From contig JAXDZV010000030.1 of NCBI GenBank assembly GCA_034086705.1, positions 82,933 through 146,932 of the forward strand: a stretch of DNA of 64,000 bases, read 5' to 3'. The stretch is from Eubacteriales bacterium. GTDB lineage: Bacteria > Bacillota > Clostridia > Oscillospirales > CAG-272. This document shows positions 57,622 through 64,000 of this stretch, one piece after another; the stretch's first letter is position 1, and every line of letters starts with the position of its first letter. The position numbers and the translations under genes were made by a program. The notes under the pieces are model-generated. The model was given only the letters and a program-made list of their open reading frames with translations, was not told the DNA's origin and did no database searches.

Positions 57622-58479
57622 TCAAGCCGCAGTGTCCGCAGTTGATGCATCTTTTACAATTTCATTATTTTCGAACTGTCCGGTATAGGTTCTGCCGCTG
57701 GCAAAACGATAGGTTCCCTGCCCGCTGATCGCGTTGTCACGGAATTCCCCTTCGTATTCGTCCCCTGCAGCCCAGGTGTATTTTCCCTGACCGGTTCGAG
57801 CATCATCTACAAAAGTGCCGACATAGATATCGCCGTTGGCATACCGAAACGTTCCTTGACCGTTTTTCAGATCATCAACAAAAGTACCAACGTACGAGGA
57901 ACCATCTGCCCAATGATATTCTCCTTGGCCGTTTTTCTTATCATTTGAAAATTCTCCCTCATAATAAGAACCGTCCGCCCAGGTAATTTTTCCGGTACCC
58001 TGTTTCTTTCCTTCAGAAAACGTTCCTTCGTATCTGTCTCCGTTGGCATAGGTGTATACCCCCATTCCGGAGAACAATCCGTCTTTAAAACCGCCAACAT
58101 AGGTGTCCCCATTCGCACAGCACAGCGTGCCATCTCCCTCCATGCGCAAAGAAGAAGATAAAGCACCCGTGTATACGGCACCGTCCGAAAACGTCACTTC
58201 GTTCTTTTCACGGTCCACTTTTGCAGTTGTTCCGTCAGAGTAGAACAAGTCCCCTTTAGTCGGTGTTTTGTTATCGTCCACATAGCCAAAAAACTTCACA
58301 TATCCGCCGATCTGTGTATTGATCTTTACATAGGTCAAACCAAGACCGTAATGAAAAAAAGCAAACACCAGCACAACGCAAAGCGCCGCAGCACCAACCG
58401 TTATCAAAACGATATTACTCGTGCTCATTCGCTTTTTCCGCCTGGCAGGCTTTCGGTTGGGATCATATTCGTAGGTCAT
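57622..58479 (-). CDS. membrane-anchored MORN-repeat protein
   Basis: Start at the ATG at 58479 (RBS GGAAAGGAG). A basic N-terminus and one TM helix are followed by at least 8 tandem YxGxFxxGxxxGxG MORN repeats. Confidence 0.75.
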   Translation of the reverse strand: MTYEYDPNRKPARRKKRMSTSNIVLITVGAAALCVVLVFAFFHYGLGLTYVKINTQIGGYVKFFGYVDDNKTPTKGDLFYSDGTTAKVDREKNEVTFSDGAVYTGALSSSLRMEGDGTLCCANGDTYVGGFKDGLFSGMGVYTYANGDRYEGTFSEGKKQGTGKITWADGSYYEGEFSNDKKNGQGEYHWADGSSYVGTFVDDLKNGQGTFRYANGDIYVGTFVDDARTGQGKYTWAAGDEYEGEFRDNAISGQGTYRFASGRTYTGQFENNEIVKDASTADTAA

Positions 58480-58509
58480 CCTGCTTCTCCTTTCCCTCTG
58501 CCGCACGCC

Positions 58510-59019
58510 TCAGCGGCTCTGCAGCGCCTCGAAAACATCTTTACCATATTGCACAAGATACGGCTCTATAAACAGCAACAATGCTACGAAAAGCAATACC
58601 AGCACAATCGTTAAAAGTACCGCGCCAAGCCCGCTGCCCTTTCCCCGGTACGCATGCTGTGCGCGCTGCACATGCTCAGGCGGGATATATAGTTGCCTAT
58701 CGGCAAGACAATTTCCTTCCCCAGTGCAAGCCACCGACGACACCACATACCAAAGCGGACTGCGGCGCCGTAACGCAAAACGGCAAAGGGGACTGCCCGC
58801 AAGCCCCGCACTTTTTAATGTTTGTGCACTGTCCGGATCCGTTGCACCGCTTTGCAAAAGATAACGCACCAGTCTGCCTACGCCGTTTTTCTCTGCAAAA
58901 GCGGCAAACGCAGCTGCAATCGCACCAATGCCAAAGCATACGATGACAAAGCACATCGTATCGTTGCGTGTTTCAAAAAATACACGTAATGCATCTTTCC
59001 ACATTTCCCATTCGGCCAC
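58510..59019 (-). CDS. hypothetical membrane protein
   Basis: Two hydrophobic helices (FVIVCFGIGAIAAAFAAF; LGAVLLTIVLVLLFVALLLFI). The start is uncertain: GTG at 59019 is 8 nt after GGAAGGAG, and the ATG at 59004 is also possible. Confidence 0.45.
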   Translation of the reverse strand: MAEWEMWKDALRVFFETRNDTMCFVIVCFGIGAIAAAFAAFAEKNGVGRLVRYLLQSGATDPDSAQTLKSAGLAGSPLCRFALRRRSPLWYVVSSVACTGEGNCLADRQLYIPPEHVQRAQHAYRGKGSGLGAVLLTIVLVLLFVALLLFIEPYLVQYGKDVFEALQSR

Positions 59020-59059
59020 AAGCAATACTCCTTCCAAGATCTGTATTTATCCTAAGAAG

Positions 59060-60340
59060 TTATTTCCGAATGACGTCACACCCGATATATCGACGCAGCA
59101 CTTCCGGTACAGTTACACTGCCGTCACAGTTTTGATTTTGTTCGACCAATGCAGGCAGTATCCGCGAAGTTGCAAGGCCGGAACCATTGAGCGTATGCAC
59201 ATACTCAATTTGTCCACCCGCTCGCTTAACTCGCATCATGCCGCGGCGCGCTTGATAATCGCGGGCGTTGGAGACGGAAGAAACCTCTTTATAGCCATTC
59301 ATAGAGGGAATTTGAATTTCTATATCATATGTGCGAGCCATGGATGCAGAGCAATCTTCTGCTGCCAGCTTAACAGTACGAAAATGGAAACCCAGACCTT
59401 TGACAAGATTTTCCGCATTCTCTACCAACTGCTCAAAAGCTTCATCGGATTGCTCCGGCAAAGTATACTGCACCATCTCCACCTTGTTAAACTGATGCCC
59501 ACGCACCATACCTCGCTCATCTGCCCGGTAAGAACCTGCCTCACGGCGGAAGCAAGGAGTGTAAGATATATACTTCTTCGGCAGGTCTGCTTCGTTCAGA
59601 ATTTCATCACGGTGCAAGGAAACCAACGCCGTTTCTGCAGTCGGCAGCATAAAGCGCCGACGGTCATCTTCCGCCGTTTCCAACCAATACACCTCGTCTT
59701 GAAACTTCGGAAACTGCCCCGCCGTCAGGCCGCATTCGTATCCCAACATATGCGGTACCAGAACAAGCTCATAGCCGTTGGAGATGTGCGTGTCAATAAA
59801 GTAATTCAAAAGAGCCCATTCCAGACGCGCTCCCATGCCGCGATAAATCCAAAAACCGGAACCCGACAGCTTTGTTCCGCGCTTATAGTCAATTAACCCA
59901 AGCTCTGTGCAAAGTTCTACATGATTTTTCGGTACAAAATCGAACTGATGCGGCGTACCGAAATACCGCAGGGGCTGGTTGTTTTCCTTACCACCCGGCA
60001 AAAGATCATCATCCGGCAGGTTCGGCAACCCTAACATATACCCATCCAACTGCACCTGTACGGTCCGCAGCTCTTCATCTATTGCCTTGGTGCGCTCTCC
60101 AAGCTGCTTGAGCTGCGCAAATATCGGAGAAAGATCTCGTCCATCTTTTTTATACTGCGGAATTAATTTGTTCGTAGCATTCTGTTCTGTTTTCAGTGCC
60201 TGTCCCTGTGCAATCAGTGCACGGCGCTGCTCGTCCAGTTGCAAGATCGCAGCAATATCTTCCCGAGCGTCTTTCCCCTTTTTGGCAAGACGGGAGATGA
60301 CCTGCTCCGGATTGTCTTTAATATATTTTATGTCCAGCAT
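59060..60340 (-). CDS. serS: serine--tRNA ligase
   Basis: 426 aa from the ATG at 60340 (RBS AAGAGGTG). It has an N-terminal coiled-coil arm and class II motifs (FRREAGS, HQFNKVE, TLNGSGLA.SR). Confidence 0.95.
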   Translation of the reverse strand: MLDIKYIKDNPEQVISRLAKKGKDAREDIAAILQLDEQRRALIAQGQALKTEQNATNKLIPQYKKDGRDLSPIFAQLKQLGERTKAIDEELRTVQVQLDGYMLGLPNLPDDDLLPGGKENNQPLRYFGTPHQFDFVPKNHVELCTELGLIDYKRGTKLSGSGFWIYRGMGARLEWALLNYFIDTHISNGYELVLVPHMLGYECGLTAGQFPKFQDEVYWLETAEDDRRRFMLPTAETALVSLHRDEILNEADLPKKYISYTPCFRREAGSYRADERGMVRGHQFNKVEMVQYTLPEQSDEAFEQLVENAENLVKGLGFHFRTVKLAAEDCSASMARTYDIEIQIPSMNGYKEVSSVSNARDYQARRGMMRVKRAGGQIEYVHTLNGSGLATSRILPALVEQNQNCDGSVTVPEVLRRYIGCDVIRK

Positions 60341-60372
60341 ATTTGCACCTCTTATCCGTATTCGGCCTGTCA

Positions 60373-61290
60373 TTATCGGTTTTCACCGGCAAAAAAATCC
60401 GCGCCGCAAAGCTGCCGCAGCAGCGCTTCCAAATCATCCGTATTCTCATATGAAAGTGTCATAAAGCGACGCTTTCCCTGTTGCACAATGTGCACTTGTC
60501 TCTCCATGCGCTGTGACGCCCGCTGTGCGATTTCTCGCAAATAGGTCTGTGTCATACGCTGCTGTAAATCAACGGTTTTTGGCTGCTGGGCAGCCTCTTG
60601 TGCAGCACGATTACGCTTTTGAGCCAACGCCTTCGCAGCACTTTCCGCTGCACGCACTGAAAGCGAACGTGCCACAATAAGATCGGCAAGCGTTTGCCTG
60701 TCTTGCTCACATGCACAGGAAAGAATGGCACGTGCATGCCCCGGCGTGATAACACCTGTTTCCACAAGCGGCAGAAGCGTCGGCGGCAGTTCCAACAGCC
60801 GTAACGCATTAGCAACCGCGCTGCGGCTCTTTCCCACACGCTGTGCAATCTGTTGCTGCGTCATAGAAAACCGTTGCCCCAGCTCTGCATATGCCTGTGC
60901 CTCTTCCAACGGGTTTAAATCCTCTCGCTGTAAATTTTCGACCAATGCTGCCTGTGCTGCATGCGCATCATCCAGCTCCAAAATGACAACCGGAACTTCC
61001 GTCAGCCCCGCAAGGCGCGCAGCACGCCACCGCCTTTCGCCGGCCACAATTTGGTACCTTTCATCTCCCGGACGCAGAGAACGCACCGCTATCGGCTGAA
61101 TTACACCATTTTCACGAATTGAATCTGCCAACGCTTGCAGCGCGTCTTCGTCAAACACCCGCCGAGGCTGCGACGGATTCGGTTCAATACGTGCAATCGG
61201 CAAAAGAGTACTGCCGCTCGAAGCCTCTGTTTCATTCTCCAAGAAAACCGCATCCAGGCCCCTGCCAAGCGTCGACTTCTTTCCAGCCAT
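60373..61290 (-). CDS. parB: chromosome partitioning protein ParB/Spo0J
   Basis: 305 aa with NPSQPR, GVIQPI.VR, IVAGERRWRAA and the HTH segment QQQIAQRVGKSRSAVANALRLL. Confidence 0.9.
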   Translation of the reverse strand: MAGKKSTLGRGLDAVFLENETEASSGSTLLPIARIEPNPSQPRRVFDEDALQALADSIRENGVIQPIAVRSLRPGDERYQIVAGERRWRAARLAGLTEVPVVILELDDAHAAQAALVENLQREDLNPLEEAQAYAELGQRFSMTQQQIAQRVGKSRSAVANALRLLELPPTLLPLVETGVITPGHARAILSCACEQDRQTLADLIVARSLSVRAAESAAKALAQKRNRAAQEAAQQPKTVDLQQRMTQTYLREIAQRASQRMERQVHIVQQGKRRFMTLSYENTDDLEALLRQLCGADFFAGENR

Positions 61291-61303
61291 ACTTTCCCTC
61301 CAA

Positions 61304-62065
61304 TCAAATCCGTTCCATCAGCTCCTGCGCTACCTTCAAATACAGTTCCGCTCCTTTAGAATGGCGGTCATAATAATACACAGGCATCCCGAAACTCGGC
61401 GCCTCGCTGAGCTTTACGTTACGTGCAATCGGCGTTGCAAAAAGCTTATCCTTGTAGTATCGTTTTAATTCGTCTAAAACGGACTGTGAGTGGTTCAGCC
61501 TGCCATTGTACATAGTAATCAAAATACCAACCAGATACAGCTGCGGATTATACAACGTACGAATCCGCTTCACCGTCATCATCAGCTGCCCAAGCCCCTC
61601 CAACGAATAGTATTCGCATTGCAAGGGCACCAGCACCCCGTCTGCAGCACAAAGCGCATTCATCGTCAAAATGCCAAGCGAAGGCGGACAATCCACAAAA
61701 ATGTAATCAAACTGATCCCGCACCCCCGCAAGCGCTTCCCGCAGCCGCGCTTCCCGGCCTTCCGCACTTACCAGTTCAAACTCGGCACCGGCAAGAGAAA
61801 TATTTGCCGGTGCAATCCAGAGATTGTCAAACTTTGTTTTATAAATCGCATTTTCCAAAGGACAGCGGTGAATGAGCACATCGTATACGGTACTGCCAAG
61901 CTCCTTTTTGAGTATGCCGAACCCCGTTGTGGTATTGCCCTGCGGGTCGACATCTACCATGAGCACCTTCTTGCCCAAAATTCCGACAGAGGCAGCAATA
62001 TTGACAGCAGAGGTCGTTTTACCGACACCGCCCTTTTGATTGGTAAATGCCACAATCTTCCCCAC
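61304..62065 (-). CDS. parA: ParA/Soj chromosome partitioning ATPase
   Basis: 253 aa with the deviant Walker A NQKGGVGKTT, plus DCPPSLG. Confidence 0.9.
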   Translation of the reverse strand: MGKIVAFTNQKGGVGKTTSAVNIAASVGILGKKVLMVDVDPQGNTTTGFGILKKELGSTVYDVLIHRCPLENAIYKTKFDNLWIAPANISLAGAEFELVSAEGREARLREALAGVRDQFDYIFVDCPPSLGILTMNALCAADGVLVPLQCEYYSLEGLGQLMMTVKRIRTLYNPQLYLVGILITMYNGRLNHSQSVLDELKRYYKDKLFATPIARNVKLSEAPSFGMPVYYYDRHSKGAELYLKVAQELMERI

Positions 62066-62143
62066 AAAGCCGCCCCCCTTTCCGTGTGGCTATGACAACA
62101 CACAGGCTGTCCCTTTCGGTTATGTTACAGTATGGTTACTTAT

Positions 62144-63007
62144 TTATGCTCTGTCTGCACTGCCAAACAGCGTAATCTTCTCGCACACCGTCTGCTCAAT
62201 CGCTTCTACACCGGGCGCTAGCAACTTTCTGGGATCAAATCCTTTGCCAACCAAATCTTTTCCTTGCTCAATATAGGCACGCGTTGCCGCGGCAAACGCA
62301 AGCTGACACTCCGTGTTCACATTGATTTTGGAAACACCCAAATCCACTGCTTTGCGAATCATATCGTCCGGAATACCTGTACCGCCGTGCAAAACAAGCG
62401 GCATACTGCCCACTTTCTCGGAAACGGCAGCAAGCGTTTCAAACGAAAGACCTTTCCAGTTTTCGGGATACTTACCGTGGATATTGCCAATACCGGCCGC
62501 TAGCATCGTTACACCCAGATCAGCAATCATTTTGCATTCATCCGGATCTGCGCATTCACCTGTGCCAATCACACCGTCTTCTTCGCCGCCGATAGCCCCG
62601 ACTTCCGCTTCCAAAGAAAGGCCTTTTTCCCGCGTGATGCGAACCAACTCCCGTGTTTTTTCAATATTTTCCGCAATCGGATAATGGGAACCATCAAACA
62701 TAACAGAAGAAAAACCGGCCTCAATGCAAGCCAGGCACCCCTCATAGGTCCCATGGTCTAAATGCAGCGCCACAGGAACGGTAATATGCAAAGACTCTAC
62801 CATTGCCTTTACCATATCCGCCACCGTTTTAAATCCGCACATATACTTGCCCGCCCCCTCGGATACACCGAGAATGACCGGAGAGCGCATTTGCTGCGCT
62901 GTCAGCAGAATGGCCTTGGTCCATTCCAGATTATTGATGTTAAACTGCCCAACGGCATAATGTCCCTGTTTTGCCCGGGTCAGCATTTCCTTCGCAGATA
63001 CCAACAT
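62144..63007 (-). CDS. fba: class II fructose-1,6-bisphosphate aldolase
   Basis: KEMLTRAKQGHYAVGQFNINNLEW, HLDHG, HGGTG and GVSKINV motifs. The start is either the ATG at 63007 or at 63019; the SD GAAGGA is 11 nt and 3 nt upstream respectively. Confidence 0.9.
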   Translation of the reverse strand: MLVSAKEMLTRAKQGHYAVGQFNINNLEWTKAILLTAQQMRSPVILGVSEGAGKYMCGFKTVADMVKAMVESLHITVPVALHLDHGTYEGCLACIEAGFSSVMFDGSHYPIAENIEKTRELVRITREKGLSLEAEVGAIGGEEDGVIGTGECADPDECKMIADLGVTMLAAGIGNIHGKYPENWKGLSFETLAAVSEKVGSMPLVLHGGTGIPDDMIRKAVDLGVSKINVNTECQLAFAAATRAYIEQGKDLVGKGFDPRKLLAPGVEAIEQTVCEKITLFGSADRA

Positions 63008-63272
63008 TGTTTCATCCATCCTTCTTTGTAATATAAAATCCGCTCTGCGGTTTTATTGTACCGCTTTTTTGCTGCATTGTGTGGCTTTGAAAAGAACGTT
63101 TTGCAAATTTTTCAAAAATGCCCCTTTGCAGCCGATACACAATATAGAATTATAGCATTTTTACAGGTGGATTGCAATACTTTTTTGCAATCTCCTCTCA
63201 CCGCTTCCAACCAAAAGCGTCCGCAACCCGCTGCATGCTCTGCAATCGGGCGCGGACACTCTGTCTTGTACC

Positions 63273-64000
63273 TTACGGCTTGATCATTTCAAGCGCATTC
63301 TCCCACAAAGGATACGGTGAAACAGGCACGTCGAAAACAGAAAGCCCAATATGGGCCGTTGTCTGTGCCGCAAAACCGGTTTTGCCGGCGCCGCCCAGCA
63401 CATCTCCCTTGCAAACCGTATCGCCAACTTGAACGCCGGTCGTAGAAAGATGACAATACCAACTCTTCAGGCCGAGCCCGTGATCGATCACAACAGTGTT
63501 TCCGGAAAGATCCGTAGCTCCAACAAACACCACAACGCCATCGTTCACAGCGCTCACAGGAGCCCCTTGGGAAAGCAAATAATCAACCCCTTGATGCCGG
63601 TAGGAAGCCCCGTTGTTAATCACTTTGGTCAACCCAAAACCTACATACAGCTGTGCATCCGCACCAACACCCTGTCCGAATAGCCCATAAAACATCGCCC
63701 CCTGCTTGACGGTGACATCCTTTGCGACGGGACGCATATCCGCCTCAAAGCGAGCCAATGTATTTTCCGTACGAGTGGCGCTGACAATGGAGGCATCCAT
63801 CGTCAAATTGACCGTTCGGAAAGTTTTGTCCTTTACGAGCACGTCAAAGCTTTGCGATACGCCGTCTGACTCCAGCGTCATAGTATATTTTCCTGCTGAT
63901 AACTCATAACTGATCGGTATCAGGGCACGGTAATACTCGCCATCCGGCAAAAACACGGGCGTATAATTGATTGCGGGCTCCGAGCGGAAAAAGATTTCGG
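63273..64000 (-). CDS. M23-family metallopeptidase (5' end beyond window)
   Basis: HQGVDY...GNTVVIDHGLGLKSWYCHLS is the HxxxD/HxH M23 signature. My translation shows the frame stays open upstream of 63956 to the window edge (EIFFRSEPAINYTPV...). Confidence 0.8.
   Translation of the reverse strand, partial: EIFFRSEPAINYTPVFLPDGEYYRALIPISYELSAGKYTMTLESDGVSQSFDVLVKDKTFRTVNLTMDASIVSATRTENTLARFEADMRPVAKDVTVKQGAMFYGLFGQGVGADAQLYVGFGLTKVINNGASYRHQGVDYLLSQGAPVSAVNDGVVVFVGATDLSGNTVVIDHGLGLKSWYCHLSTTGVQVGDTVCKGDVLGGAGKTGFAAQTTAHIGLSVFDVPVSPYPLWENALEMIKP

Noticed and set aside
60341-60372. Possible T-box or other leader in front of serS, and likewise in front of asnA (41639-41710).
   Set aside because: The intergenic spaces are only 32 and 72 nt and contain no GGTACCGCG box or terminator, which is too short for a T-box.
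63036-63058. Small hairpin AATCCGC-tct-GCGGTT upstream of fba.
   Set aside because: It has only four contiguous G-C pairs plus a mismatch, lies in a 5' UTR and has no T-run. That is insufficient to call a regulatory element.
1-64000. Search for CRISPR repeats, IS/transposase or integrase genes, phage genes, toxin-antitoxin pairs, restriction-modification or other known defence modules, and rRNA or tRNA genes.
   Set aside because: None of the credible ORFs has such motifs. I saw no regularly spaced direct repeats or terminal inverted repeats. The visual scan is not exhaustive for short repeats.

Overview
This is a chromosomal segment from an anaerobic Firmicute, by gene content a Clostridia/Oscillospiraceae-like gut or rumen organism. 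I support about 50 protein-coding genes and found no rRNA, tRNA, CRISPR array or mobile element. Positions 35-64 kb are one co-oriented minus-strand housekeeping block: mfd-pth-asnA, a THUMP methyltransferase, wecB, holA, rodA, thiI, mreCB, maf, dut, a U32 peptidase, zapA, serS, parBA and fba.

The most interesting content is RNA-regulated. The window holds four T-box leaders, each with a perfect TTGACA -35 box, a 17-nt spacer, the conserved GGTGGTACCGCG-type T-box sequence and an intrinsic terminator.
- One is a textbook Tyr (UAC) leader on tyrS.
- Two sit in front of tandem paralogous genes that fuse an XRE-HTH and a cupin domain to an acyl-CoA synthetase. My specifier readings are AUC (Ile) and GUA (Val). 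The second unit continues into a P-loop ATPase, a four-subunit VOR-type 2-oxoacid:ferredoxin oxidoreductase and ilvE.
- One, with specifier CUC (Leu), precedes a LeuA-like protein that has lost its catalytic and metal-binding motifs, followed by a TIM-barrel::acyl-CoA synthetase fusion.

I interpret this as a tRNA-charging-gated salvage system that turns short branched-chain fatty acids (2-methylbutyrate, isobutyrate, isovalerate) into Ile, Val and Leu. The route would be CoA activation, then reductive carboxylation, then transamination. The chemistry is classical rumen physiology. The T-box wiring, the sensor-domain fusions, the LeuA pseudoenzyme and the P-loop partner are, to my knowledge, not an established described system.

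All calls come from reading the sequence and the translations. No database search was run.
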